64,000 nt of DNA from Camelus ferus. Lineage: Eukaryota. Location: assembly GCF_009834535.1 (NCBI RefSeq), contig NC_045696.1, positions 26,290,001 to 26,354,000 on the forward strand, written 5' to 3'. A program made the translations under genes and the position numbers. The notes under the pieces are model-generated. The model saw only the letters and a list, made by a program, of their open reading frames with translations. It ran no database searches and had not been told where the DNA came from. The stretch's first letter is position 1. Every line of letters starts with the position of its first letter. This document shows, in pieces, positions 26,151 through 40,515 of this stretch.

Positions 26151-29100
26151 GTTGGTGCTGGTGAGGTTAATTTTCAGTTATTGAATGAGAGGTAATTGTT
26201 GATGGCCAGAGTGTAGCTGAGATACTCTGAGACAAAGCTGCAAGGGAAGATATCTCAGAACTGAACCTTAGGAATATAAGTTATTGATTTACTGGTAACT
26301 TGTGGTCTTCGTTTAAGAATTCAAAACATAAGGTGTTATTAAAATCAAGATGATTGTTAAGAGCAATACAGTTCTTTTAAATAGCATTACCTTGCAAACT
26401 TTAAAACAGCAAAATATTTCTTGCTACTGCATTTATTTCACAAACATCTCTTGAACACCTACTATGTGCCAAGCTTTGAGTGATTAAGTAGAGTAGAGAG
26501 ATGAATAGACAGGTGCCCCACTCTCAGCACAACTCTCATATCAGCAGTAACATGAAACTTTGCCTCTAAAACATGGTGAGAAAGGCATTTTTCCCCCTCT
26601 GAGAACATTTACCTATGTTTGGTTTCGCTTCACAGGATGATTTCTCTCAGACAAAGAAAATCCTTGGCGAGAAAAGAAATTAATGCAGCCAGAACTTATT
26701 TAATCACATTGAGACAGACTGATCATTATCACCCAGTCTGTTTCGGAAGGGCACAGTAATTCACATTCAATGGCTATCATAACCCCTGCCCTTCATACAT
26801 ACCCAGTTAAATAAAAGGAGACCTACTAGGGCTAGCCATCTGACTTCCCAGTTTAATAGACACCACAGTGCAGCAGATCCTTCTGGGTCAGCTAACGCTC
26901 AGATAAGGTTTACAAGCAGTGGTTAGATCTCATGTGCTTTTACTGCATAGCTTCGGTCTTAGAGGACTTACAGGACTCTACCTATGTAATTATTGCCATA
27001 ATGCTACTTTTATAATGTCAAGCAGAGTTTATTTTTAAATTGTTGAGGTTGTCCTAGTAATAGCTGTCACGGCGCAGCCATTGACAATTTTATAGCCATA
27101 TTCAATGACTGAATACAGTTGAAAAGAGAAATTTGTTCCCTGGGTACTTAATTTCCTTAATTGTAGCATGAAAGTAAGAAACTTAAGAGATATTTGGGAC
27201 CACATTTCAGATTTATGGTTTCGGGGTTAAATTGAATATTTCGCTTTCTGAGTGTTTTGACGTAACTACAATGAGACCTGGCATTTGATTTTATTACAGT
27301 TGCATACAAAGTTGGGTTTTCCATAATGCCAATTTGGAACTAAATTGACCTGACTACTTGAGAGCTGTACTTACATAGTACCAGGCTGCCAAACAACAGT
27401 GCTGTCTCAAGAGAGATTAACGTTGTAAGCAAGTGATGCAGGTGATTCAAGTCTAGTTAATCTCACGTTAAAAAAAAAAATGTTAATTGCATTGGCAAAG
27501 GCATTGCCTTTGATCACTCCTTGGCTATATAAGTAGGGATCAGGGCATTCAGAGGGACTCTAGTCTAGTTGATAAACAGTCAGCAAACAGCCCTTGAGAT
27601 TTCTCCCTCTGTTTTTCAATATGTGATCAGACATAAGGTGATAACATGGAAAACTCAGTGACCTTATTTTCACATGCCTTAAAATTAGGTTTGCTTGTTA
27701 GGTAGTAGTTCACAATGTTTTATGTACATTTATTTTAATCGTACAAACTCCATGGAGCATTACTGGGTATTGAATGCGGTCACCTCTCCACCTACTGGAT
27801 GTTTCGCCTTACTTTCTAATCCTTCTGACTGCATTTCTTTGCAAATGATTTTGACGTAAACCAATAAACCCGAAGATAATTCCTTGTAATTTTTGTAATT
27901 TGTGTCTGAAAGGGATGTGGCTTTATGTTTGGCTTTTAGCAGTAGCCACTAAAAGGCAAACATTTAAAAATACTGCTGTTATAACTTCTTCAGTCTTTAA
28001 TGTTCATGTTTCTGATTCTCAGGTTTTCTGGAAATAAAGTCTAGTTAAGGAAACTGAAAATAGTTCTTACAAAAAATGTCTTTCCATTTAAATAAATGTT
28101 AAGCAAATCTACAGTTTTTAACGTCCTATTTTTTTGTAGGCAGCTAAAATTACAAAGTAGAAGGTGAGCTTATAAATTAACAGAAAACCCATTGAAATAA
28201 TGAATATTACAATTTAGAAATAATTGCTACAATGCATGCTATGGAAATTCTCCAAATAATTCTTTAAAATTTGTAACCAAACTCTAATGTATTGGTAAAT
28301 TTTGATATTACTTTGTTAGAAGGCCCAATCTTAGGAATACTCAGGTATAAAATCCATCTTGATGCACCATATATGCAGATGAGTTTCATCTGGGTTTTTC
28401 TTTGCATCATCTGTTTTTTTTTTAAGTCAATTGAATGGCATTTTCCACTATGATCCAATGTTAGACTTCCAAAAATTCTGTACTATCTGCTGTCCTGTGG
28501 TTAACTAGTTTCTAGGCAAGTAGACTCTGCTTGAGGGCAGAAGGGAATTGAGAAAGTTCATTGAGAAGTTCTCCACCCCTACTGAGTTCATCAGAACAGC
28601 AGCAGGGGTTCCCATATCTTTCTTCTTCTTGAAAATATGAATGAGATGCTTCCACATGTCTCTATACAAAATAGTGGGGCTTAGAACATGTATGATAACC
28701 AAAAAACCCCTCAAGGATCTTGATATTGTCCCCTGGAGGAAGAGATGGCTTCGTTTTGTGACAACTCTAATGTAAAGTTTGCTCTTTGGATTAATCATAG
28801 TCATATGTTGTGATTTTGCAACTGGTAGCATGTTGAAGGAAGCATACGAAACTTTGCCTGAAAATATTCACTTGTATTTTGGTGGAACTAATGTATATAC
28901 TCTTACTGCAATTTATTTTGTGATCAACATCATGCTATGAAAATTTTCCATGTTAGATAGATAGCATTAACATCCCAATGTGTGAATGTGCCACAATTTA
29001 TCCAAAAATCCCAGTTTTCCAGTATTGCCATTATTACTGCAATGATCCTACATTATTCTTATTTTTGTGCAGTCATCAATGATCAAAGTTACTGTTCCGT

Positions 29101-29577
29101 GTTATTTGTATTGCAGGGTGTCAGCAAGTAATGACTGTTTTGGTCCTTCTCCAGTACTCACACTTCCCTTCTGTTTCTTGCTGATTGTTAATGTTGACAT
29201 GCCCATCATACTCCTGATTTTAATAGACATGACCTTAGTGTATTACTTTTAAAGAATAATTTTTTGCATTTGATTTCTGATAAAATATATTCATCATACT
29301 TAAGAAGATTTTTTATGATTCCTTCTTTATTTAGAATTTTTAATCCATCAGATTTTCTTTATAGACGTGGCATTTATTTTTTCTCTTTGTTATATAAAGC
29401 CTCCTTTACTATATTAATTAAGAATGCGTTTGACTTCAAGTAACAGAAACCTGACTAAAAATGCATAAAGAGTCCATTTTTCTCATGTCTACTGTTTCTG
29501 CAACGAAAGGATGCCCACCCCCACATTCATACTTTACCTGCCACTTTGTTCCAGTTTGCTCAGTGGAAATTAATCTT

Positions 29578-29730
29578 TTTTTCTTTTTAAATTTTTTAAG
29601 CAACTTTATTGTGGTACAATTTCTGTATAGTAAACTATACATAGTTCAGCTATGCAATTTGATGAATTTTGATAGATGCATACACCTATGAAATCAGCAC
29701 CACAATCAAGATACCTCACATTTCCATAGA
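29578..29730 (-). mobile_element. L1 3' end fragment (L1MB-like)
   Basis: aactttattgtggtacaattt...caatttgatgaattttgatagatgcatacacc...caccacaatcaagata. Confidence 0.75.
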
Positions 29731-32158
29731 CTTTCCTTCCACGTCTGATGTATCACCCAATTCTGGTATCTTTTCATTCTCTTCCCTTTTCCATATCCCT
29801 AGAACCACTGTGTCAGTTCTGAGCTGAAATAATTTCTTACAGTAACCATTTGACCTAATTCACCTTTCATATTTTCTGCTAATTCATCTTTCACAGACCT
29901 GCCAACACGATCTTTTTCGTATGCTTATTAAAAATGGTGCTTCCTTACTTAAAATCCTTTAAGAGCGCTCTATCACCTTCAGGGCAGAGCTCACATTCCT
30001 TGACATGAGTGCAAGGCCCATGATGGCCTTACCACTTACCAACTGACTAGCTTCATCTCTCACCACTTTTCTAACCTGCTGGCTCTTTGCCAGCTACCAG
30101 GCTCCAAGCCTGACATGGGAGGAGCTGTATTAACATGTGCTGAATGGGAAAGACTTCTCTTAGCTCGCTCATCCATATGCCAGGTTGGAGGACAATTCTC
30201 CCTTTAAAATCAGAGGGAGCAGGCAGGGCCTCTTGATTATTTCTCAGTCGTAAGTGATATCACTGGTGACTCAGCTATCTTTTAGTATAGGGTTATTGCA
30301 GCTTTTGGATGAATTGGATGAACGTCCCCAAGTGATAACAGAAAAATTCAGTCCTCCTTTCTATGTAATGATTAATTTTTACTATTACCATTGTAAACAC
30401 TCATAAGGATATACTGATCCTGTTGTCTATTTACTGCCAGAAACAATAGCACCATATCAACTATGCAAGCACCGAAATAGTTGTTTGGAGCACAAAGTGT
30501 CCAGAGTTTAAAAGGATAACACGAAATAATTCCATTCAACTTGCAGATTTATTCTGTTGTCTTGAGGGCACACTTAGCTGCTAATTGATTCTGACTACCT
30601 AAAATCTTTAAGAGCAAACTATCTTCCCCAAGTTTTTATGGATTATTTCTAAATCTTGCATTAAAAAACCCTCTCCATGATAAAGTCCCAGTCACCTTGT
30701 TTTATGGCTTGGGATTCAGGGTCCCAGAGTATAGATACTTGAGCATATGTAGATCTGTGTTTCAAAGAAAATTTTGATCCTTACTGTCAGGTTCACTGTA
30801 GAGAGATGCCATTGTCTTCCTTCTGAATACTAATGATGGTTGACTTCATTGCAATCAGATATGGCTCTTGTAACTTACACATTTGTTTCATAAATATGGA
30901 TCTTTATTTAGTCAATAAAATAATATACTTCCAGTCTATACTCAACATATGTTATTTGACGTGATTTATTTTCCTTAAAGATTTCTTGCTAAATATGTTT
31001 CAATTTTTTGTGCCACTGTATTCACATTTTTTAAGTGGGTTGAAATTAAAGTTCTAAGTGACTAAATATGGCCATATGGCCAGATAAATTGTGTCAACTC
31101 CCTATGGATTTCGTTTTTCTTTTCCTTGACTTCTCTTTTTACATCAGTAAGTAGCAAAATTGGACTTGTCTATGACTGAGAGACATGGGCTAATAAAAAT
31201 TTAAATGATAATTTTTCCTGTAACACAATCAGATCATTATAAAAAGAATAGGGAACTAGACAAGGAATTGAAGTGTTTACAGATATATAAAACTGCATTT
31301 TGTTTTATATCTCTCATTAATGATAAGATTCTTATGGACAGGAATTTATTTTTTCCAGGCTTTATTTTGAGGAGTGCTAGAATGCAGATTAACAGTATTA
31401 GGTACAGATTAACAACAAAAGACTAAAGGACAGGAAACACTGAAACAGAATACTAGAGAAATAAACATAAAAGTTAAGTGAAAAAAAAATCTGGAACATT
31501 TAGGAGAAGATATTCGAAGTGGCCTTAGAAAATTATCTATGACAGTAATTAGTTTACAATAATCAATAATGACAGCATTTTTTATTTAAGAAAAACATCA
31601 GATTATCATTTTTTTTTATTTAAGAAAAAAAATCAGGTGGGCAGCTTTCCACATATGAAGTGAAAAGATTCATGAATGTATTGGATCCTTATCAAATCAA
31701 ATGCCTTAGTGAGAAAATTTAGACAACTTACGTTAAAAGCACAACTATTTTTGTTCTCTCTAGTATTCTTGATGGAATATTAATATTTGTTTATTTTTTG
31801 ACATTTTTCATCTGTTTCAACTTTCAGTTTTCCCACTCTGAACCATTGTAATACATTAAAGTAATCATTTTTGTCTCTTTGTTTTTGTGGAATACAGTGT
31901 TCAGAATTTTTATGATGGGATACACATGATTTAGCTCAGGAATTCACAGAAGAATCAATTTAATATTTTTCCAACAGTATGTATGGATTCATATATAAAC
32001 CATAGGTATTTATTTGTTTCAAAATATTTTATTTTGTACAATTATGTTGGATTCATAAGGCCTTATCAAGACATAGTTGAGCTATAAAGTTAGATACCTA
32101 TGTACCAAAAACATCCATGACATTCATTTAATTTTACTTTTTTTTTTTTTTCCCTAAG

Positions 32159-32297
32159 AACGACCCACATTTCTCAGGAGGCCAATTAACCAGGTGGTGC
32201 TGGAGGAAGAAGCTGTAGAATTTCGTTGTCAGGTCCAGGGAGATCCTCAACCAACCGTGCGGTGGAAAAAAGATGATGCAGACTTGCCAAGAGGAAG
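32159..32297 (+). CDS. ROBO2: ROBO2 coding exon (exon 5, 139 nt), first part of Ig domain 3
   Basis: Poly-T tract then ccctaag|, donor |gtaaga. Reads (E)[45 protein letters not shown](R). Phase 1 in, phase 2 out. Confidence 0.97.
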
Positions 32298-33829
32298 GTA
32301 AGAACATCATGGGTGGAAGATTGTTAGATAATCGTTGAATAATTCAAAAAGAAAAAGACAGCTCCAGCTGCACCACCAAAGTCTCTCGTACCTTGGTATA
32401 TTATTTTCACACATAGTATTTTTACATATGCAAGCCACATATCTGCTGTTCTATATACTGAGATCCTCCAGGCTTCTGATGGCCTCTTTTAGTGAATTTT
32501 CGCATAAATGCCTGACCACTCCACTCCATCTTTCATCCTCCAATATCAAGGATTCCTGAGGCACTTTCTTTTTCCGGCCCGTCTAGGTCTTTCATTGTGT
32601 TCCTGCTACCCACCCACCCCGACTGCCCCCTTCAACCACTGCTCTGTCGCTATGATGCTTCACCTCACCCTGGATACTCTCTGCCTTCCTTTTTAGCTCA
32701 GAGCATCACTAACAAAAAGGTGCTGAGTGTAGCTAACTGTAGGGCCTGCAGTAAAGGAGAGATCTCATTTAACACAATAATGATAAGGCACCAAGCAGCT
32801 GACATCACTATCTGCAAATGGGACTTTTCACTTACGGACCTCCTGTCACATTCTCACTTGCCGTCTCCTCATAAAGACCTTCTCCCCCAGCTCTTTTCTG
32901 TTCTTACATCACCAAACCCCAAACCCATTCTCTCAGCTCTCTAGGGTACATTCAGAAATGCTTGTTATCTTTTATAAAAATAAATGTAAAACTGTTTTGT
33001 AATCTTAAGTTCTCGCAAGACCTTGCCTTTTATGATCAAATAAATCATTCAGGAATTTTTTTTATATATAACGATCAAGTTTAGCTTTAAGATTTGTTTT
33101 GCCTTCCTCCTAGTCCTGCCTTCTGAAACTACAGCTACCACACCTACTGCAATCATTGTCTGCAAAAAATGTCACATCCTGCTATTTTTTTCCCTAATTT
33201 CCTTTCCTAAAAAAGAAATGTTCATTCAACTGACTGAAATGAAACATGCTGTCACAGAACTCAAATTGCTTTTTTTGTGCTTTCACTGGCATTGCTCTCT
33301 ATACTGTCCTGAATCTACACATTCATTTCAGAATCTCAATTTTACAGACCCCTAGGTCTGTAATACTTTCTAAAGTCACATCGTCAACAGCACTGGCTTC
33401 AAATGGACCAAACATTTTAAACAATGAGAGGTTCATTGCAATCTATAGGAACGAAACAAGTGAAAATTGTTTGGGTTAACTTTTCAGCATAACTAGTAGA
33501 GAAAGTAGACTCTGTGTTTCTTTTCTCACTTTTTCAGACCACTAGTTTTATAGGAATGTTGTTACTAGGAGAGGTTTTTGAAGGTGAGGCTTCTCAAACT
33601 TTCTTAATGGACAAGCAGGTTGAAAAGCAAGCAGAGTTGGTGGGACTGAGTTGGTGAGTCCATCTTTGTGTTTATACTCAATAACTTTCCACAGATTTGA
33701 GGCCCATTAGTATATAATTTTGAAATGTTGGTGTAAGACTTAGAGATTAATTATGTTGTATAATTAATGTAGACAAAGGTTAATTTTCAATTACTGGAAT
33801 TAAATAGCTTGTCTATAAAAACAGTCTTT

Positions 33830-34340
33830 CCTTTTGGAAGAATTTTGGATTTATAGAAAAGTCACAGAGATAGTACAGAGAATTCCCATATCCCTCTACC
33901 CGGTTCCCCCTACTGTTAACGTCTTACATTACTATGAAAGATTTGTTGCTTATAATGAACAAATGCTGATACATGATAATCAAAGTTTATACCTTATTTT
34001 AATTTCACTGGTTTTTCTGTGAATGACTCCTTTCTCCAGGATCCTGTCTAGGGTATTTATTTAGTTGGATATTATAGGATATTGCATTTAGTGTCCTGTT
34101 TTCCCAGTCTTCTCTGTCCTGTGACAGGTTCTCAGTTTTCCCTTGTCTTTATGACCTCAACAGTCTTAAGGAGCACTGGCCAGGTATCCCAAGAATGTCC
34201 CCCAACTTGGATTTGTCTAGTGTTTTCTCATGATTAGACTGGCTTTGTGGGACTTTAGGAAGAAAGCCACAGAGAGCGCCATTTTGTCACATAATGATCA
34301 GGGGTTACATGATATTCACATAACATCCCTGGTGATCCTG
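33830..34340 (-). mobile_element. L1MC-like 3' fragment
   Basis: gatttatagaaaagt...agatagtacagagaattcccata...ccaggatcc...ttgcatttag...gagcactggccagg...ttggatttgtct...ttctcatgattagact. Confidence 0.75.
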
Positions 34341-37300
34341 CCATTTTTAATCATTAAATAAGACCGAATTGATGAAAGTTGCAAAAATAGAAACTTATGC
34401 AGGTGCATTACATTTTAATGGGTCTGCGTCTTTGAATTAAGGTAAAATACAGCTTAAGCCCAGTTTGATTTCTTCCCAGATTGCTCTAGGTGTTAGGTCA
34501 TAAACCTGACAACTTTATTTGCCACAGTTATTCTCCCAATCTTGCCATATCCATTTGCTTCAGAGCTCAAATAATACATATAAATCAAACAACAGCATTA
34601 AAGCTGCATATTTAGAATGTGTGAAATAAAGGCCTCTAAAGATAAGGCTGAATTTTTTAGAAATCCTTCCTCTACTAATTTCCCTTAGGACACTTTCATA
34701 GATTCACCCTCGTTATTTTTCTGTGACCGGCATGATACTACTGCAGTGCTTGGTGTGACCGGCTAAATATTTTTAAAGTATTAGGCAAATGGAAATGCTG
34801 TGTAAGCTTTAAATTGTATGTTAGAAAGGCTTAAAGCAAGGATCAGTGCAATATAGAAATTGAGGTCAGCATTTTATCATGATAGAAGCCATGTACTTTT
34901 TCTTGAAATCTCAATCTTTAAATGGTATTTCAAAGCAGCTTATTCATCCTTAGATTTGTATGCATTAGCATAAGCTTCACTTGTGCATAATGAGGGGAAA
35001 AAGGACCTCTTTACTTGGTGAAGAACAACAGTGATGACTTTTAACCAACCACAGCCTAAATCAACAACATTGATTCTATTACATTATTTAGGTCTCAGGC
35101 TAGGGAGATGGCCATTGTTCTTGTGTAAGCAATTGTGTGGAGTGGTGTGGAAGATGACATTTCTTTGGCTTAACATTTAATGCAATTTGAATAAGGTTTG
35201 TGTAGTGGTTCATGCTTAACACATTTATAGTAAAGCTTTGCAGGGCAGCTGCGTAGCCTGTAATTACTACGTAAGTAATATGTGACTGTTTCTCTTTTGG
35301 AGACGAGAAAAGCTTTTCAATTCAAGTTTAAATTTATGAAATGCTGTGATAGCTATTTAAACTTCCAACACAGAGGAAGATATCTGTGCCAACCTTTCAG
35401 TAACCAGAGATGAATTAAGGGAGTAGTTTTTTCTTTGCTGTGAATATATTTTTAAGGTAGTACCCCTCTACCTCTTTCTTTGATTTAGCCCTAAACTCCT
35501 TACCTTTCTCAGTAACTCTCGTTAAGGAAATTACAACTTACTATTGGTAAGTTGTTTTAAAGACAGCTTCCGATTAGATAAATATTTCAGTGAGGTTGGT
35601 AAATAGCAACTCCCGAGTCTGACAATAACCCTAATGCCCAACCAAGGAGAAATTATTTATTTGGATATTTTCCATATGACAAAGGGACAAAATAGGGAGG
35701 AGCCATCATTTTATATATGTTGCTGTCGAACGTTAAGTGCTTGCAGAAACGTCTGAAGATTCTACAATTTCAGAACTGAAGATTTCAGGAAGAAAAAGAA
35801 GGTCACTGCCTTTTTTTGTGACTGTGCCAAGTATCAATATCTTTTTTTCTAGAGGGTCTGAATACATATGTGCCTAAATAAATCAACACTGACTCATTTA
35901 TGAGGGACAAGAATTTTACACACCACTGTGCAATAAGTGGTGTGGGGAACAAAATGAGGAAATAAAGGAAAAGACATTTTATAATTCATGATGATTATGT
36001 GTTTTAAAAGCATAGTTTTTTCAAGGCATTATTTAAACTATAGAAGAAACACTTTAAGGTTTACCTTTTATTAAGTGCCTCCTGTATTCATAATGCTTAT
36101 TGCTAGTCTGTAAAAGAAGAAGTCACTTTAAGCAAGGTAAATACACTGTTATTGAGTATTTTTATTTTTACGTTAATCAAATTGAGTGATGTAAGAGAAT
36201 TTCACTTACTGAATACATGAATGAGAGTTAAAACTGAAGTAACTCTAGTGTCTTATTTGGTTGCTACATCTTTTTATTTTCCCCAGGCAAACATAGAGCT
36301 TTTTGCTAATTATTACTCTTTTGAAGATAAGATGCCTTCAGCACATCTTTTCATAACGTGTTTCATATGATAGAAATTGCCAGTACTTATAACAACTGTG
36401 GCAATATTCCATTCTCTGCCAGGTTCCATCATTACATTGGGATGTTGTATATTTTGTAATACAAAAATGTATGTGTATGCTGAAGCTGTATGAAAAATAT
36501 CATGTATTAATATTAAAAAAAAACAGAATGTTATACATCTACAACCAAAAATATTACAATTAAATTGAAATACACCAACACAACAATATTCTGTTCAATT
36601 CAATATTTGTGAGGAGAATATAAATATCTCTTCTCAGAATGTGAGTAAGAAGTAGTATGATTAAATTAACCATGATTTCGTGTCTGGACTTGTCAGGACA
36701 GTTTGTATTTCAGGTAATTATTATTAATCTTTTAAAGGACTATAACCAGGAGAGTTGAAATCTTGCATCAGTCAGATATTTGTATACTATCATTAGTTAG
36801 TTCCAAGATATATTTTTATTCCATTTTTACTTATTGTCCAAACTAACTCTAAAGTGACACTAACTTCCTCAATAAGGATCTAGAGTCAAGAAAGGAATGT
36901 TCATAATAGCTTCTCAGAGAAAAAAAGAAAGAAAATGTGCCATTTGAATTCTTATGTATGCCTGCAAATTCTAAATGCAGTTGATGGCTTGCACATAGTG
37001 GATATCATTCATGAATATTTCATAAAAATAGAAAAGAGACTAGAGAAAAAGAGTTTCAAGATATATAGTGCAAAATTCTATCAATTTTCCTGAACCCACT
37101 GACAAATTTCTTTTTCTAAAGTGCAAGTCTATTTTAAGAGAGACTTTTCAGAGTTCTTAGTTCCATGAAATGTGAGATTCACATAAATACATGATTCCTA
37201 AAGAAAAGGAATTGAATAGAAACACTTACAATTCCCCTTTTCTGTGGCATTTTTACACTAAGTGGCTCTTTCTACTTAGCCCTGGAAAATGTTCTTGTAT

Positions 37301-38509
37301 TAATTGTTTGGAAGCTCCATTGTTTAGAGCATGTGCTTCTGGGATGCAGAGATGCTGAACAGGTGCTTAGCCACCCTGCTGAGGAGATCGGCCTTCTTCA
37401 CATACAGTGTCTGCTTCAAGGACATGTGGTAATTTGGGCTCATGATAAATAACCACACTGATTAGGTTGGCTGGTCAAGATTGGTCAATTAAAATGATTT
37501 TCAAAAAAGGAGGAAAAAAACTGAGAGCAGGAGAAAAGCAATGTATATAAATATTGTACATGACATTTGAAAAAATGGACTCTTCCTTAAGATTCAGAAA
37601 TATAAGGAACAATTTTAATGAAAATTCTATGCCTTTTTTTTCAGCTGTACAGATGTCTTATCCATTTCTGTTTGAAAAAAATCAGAAGCACGTGGACTGT
37701 TATTGTTGGATCTTGTAATACAGCTGCCAATAACATAAAGAATATTTAGGCCATTGTCAGAGATGTTAGATTTTAGCCTTGTTCTGACACTGTTTGATCA
37801 TTTATCCCTTTAGTTATACTCACATGTTCTGGAAATGATGTTCAACAGATTTCTCTGCCACTAACTAGGAGTGTGACCTTGAAGAAGCTATTTAACTCTT
37901 TGTACTTTACTGTCCTGAAGATATGGACCAGCGATGCTGTGGGACTAATGATTAACCTACGCTTTGACTCTTTCGTACAGGGTGAATAATTATGCCATCC
38001 TTTCTAACTCAAAGAGTTGTTAAAACGATATAACTAATTCAGAGCACTGTAAACAATTTACAATGGGTGCACATAACAGGTGCTCCAGTTTTATAAATTC
38101 AACTGATTCGTAGTATTTATTAGTGTATAACTGCAAAGAAAATAAGTTAATGCTAAAAAATATAGAGTATATAATTTTTATGGATTGAATACATGTTCTC
38201 CTCTCACTGGCCAATTGATTTCCATAGAGACACATAAAAATAGTATTGATTTAATAGATATCACTTTTGTTTTTAAATCATATTGACTTATTTACAAATT
38301 TTGCCAGCCAGTTTGCTAGCCTGAAAGTTGCCACCCATTTTTCTACCTCTGGGAGATTGTACAGGGTCCAGATATTTTATGCTAGCCCCAGTGCAATCAG
38401 ACATCTGGATTAGGAACTTCAAATTTCACACATTATACTTTATCATTTGTCTGCTGGTAATAAGAAAACCATCACCTTTATAAGAACGTTATGTAATGAT
38501 AAAAACAAT

Positions 38510-38740
38510 ATTTTTGGAGGACTTAATTATTTGCCATGCATTCTTCTAAGTGATTTCTGCTTACATTAATTCCATTATTGTAAATAATAATGTTTTAGCA
38601 TAATATTACTCCCATTTGAGGGATGTGGGAATAGAAGCTTAAAGAAATTATGTTTCTAGTGTCACACATTAATATGTGTTAGGGCTAGGACTTGATTTAG
38701 AATCTGTCCAACATGAAACCTGTATTTTAAACTAATGGAC
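38510..38740 (-). mobile_element. MIR SINE (degenerate)
   Basis: ttactcccattt...ggaatagaagcttaaagaaatt...gtcacaca...gggctaggacttga. Confidence 0.55.
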
Positions 38741-39824
38741 TCTATAATTATGTGATTATAAATTGTTTATGGAATCAAGCTGCTTACAAATTTTCCTTAT
38801 TAGATAAAATTTTACATACTTGCTCAGAAACTCTGTATTATGGATAACTTTATAGGAATACTATATAGCATTACTGGTAAGGGTAATTTTTAGACCAGTT
38901 TCATAACCTGCACATAAAATATACTTGTGTTTTGAAAATCTCAACTTGGACCAAGTCAAGGTTACCTCCTTGGAAGCTGAAAATATAGATTTTGTTTATA
39001 AACAGAATTAATTAGCAATTTTCAGAGGGATGCCAAAATGGTCCTTTTTCTGTGTTTTCATCAAATAGGTGCTAATAGTTTCTGTTAACACAAACCTAAT
39101 TGCCACCTAGGGTGAGGAGTGCGAGTTGCCTCGTCCTGTGACCACATTGGCCCATCTGTTGAGAATGTTTGCTCAGGAACAATGCATCCAATTTGGGTTC
39201 TGGCCAGTGGTCAACTAACAAGCTGGGACACACTTAGAATATAAACTGCCTTAAAGTCAGAGATGCTCTGCTGTCCATTAACTGGCAACTCTTGTATTGT
39301 GTGTGGGCAGAGCCAAGACCAGGTGCCAGTTTGCAGAGCAAATGGGTCTGCCTGAGTGCCACCTGTCATTGGCATGTGAGTGTTGTCCCACCAGGAGCCA
39401 CAGCAGGTTTGTTTCTTCCCTCAGAGTGTGGCATGTTAGAGCATTCATCTAGGCTGAGTTCAGGACCAAGGCAAGCAACATTGTACCTTGGCCCAAACTG
39501 GAGGACAAACCAAAGGCTTATCAGGAGACAGTCATCACATCACATCATGTCCCACCGGTGGATGGACTGGACATTTATCATTAGAGACTCTGTCATAACT
39601 AGGTTCTTATCTTGGCCAAATGAAATGTAAAAAGGAAAAAGTTATATAATTGGTTATATCAACACAAATTCCTGCCTTCATGAGACAATTGGTGGTTAGA
39701 ATCACTTAGATGATTTTTAATCACCCCATGGTCTTTTCTTAAAATATATTTCTGGTTGTTTTTTTTTTATTCTGTTGTTAATAAATCGAATTGTAACATG
39801 GGGCTGTGAGGTAAATGAGAATTT

Positions 39825-39970
39825 AGGAGATCAGCGTTCTTATCCCAGCTCTGCCGTAATTCATCATGTTATTTTAAACAATTTATGTTACATGTCTGAG
39901 TACTAGGGTCCACATCTGCAAAATGTGTAGGTTGCATTGGATGGCTTCTGCAGGCCCTTTAACTTCTGAA
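39825..39970 (+). mobile_element. MIR/MIR3 SINE
   Basis: gttcttatcccagctctgcc...cacatctgcaaaatg. Confidence 0.55.
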
Positions 39971-40314
39971 AAGATATAAATCTATGAATGGCAACAATGC
40001 AAAACAGTTTAGAAAGTATGATAATAAATTTTTATAGGAAAAAAATCTCTAAAATTTGAAATGAGTGGGCCTAAAAAGGAATGTTAAAATTACTCATATA
40101 CCTATTACCATCTACTTTTTATGGTCTGCATGTATCTACTCAGATTTCTGTGTATAAATGAGCATTTTTTTGAAATTCAAAATTGGTTTTGATTCTGAAT
40201 GCTTACCTAGGCTTTTTTTTTTTAAAGTCTAGTATTGATTCAAAAAAGTTGTTTTTAATTGTGTTTTCCTTTCCAATAAATATAATATTAAAAATTATAT
40301 TTACATAGCCTTAC

Positions 40315-40515
40315 TCTATAGCCTTACTCTGTATCAGACCTACTTCAGACATTTTACATTAATAAACTTATCCTTAGCACAACCCTATGATGTAAAGACT
40401 ATTATTATTCCAATATAACAAATGGGGAAAAATGAAGTATAGTGAGGGTAAATATGGCAAAGCCATTTAGTAAGGGATCTAGGATTTCTAGCTAAGTCCA
40501 CATTCTTGACTACTA
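40315..40515 (-). mobile_element. MIR SINE
   Basis: cacaaccctatgatgtaaagactattattattcc...acaaatggggaaaa. Confidence 0.65.
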
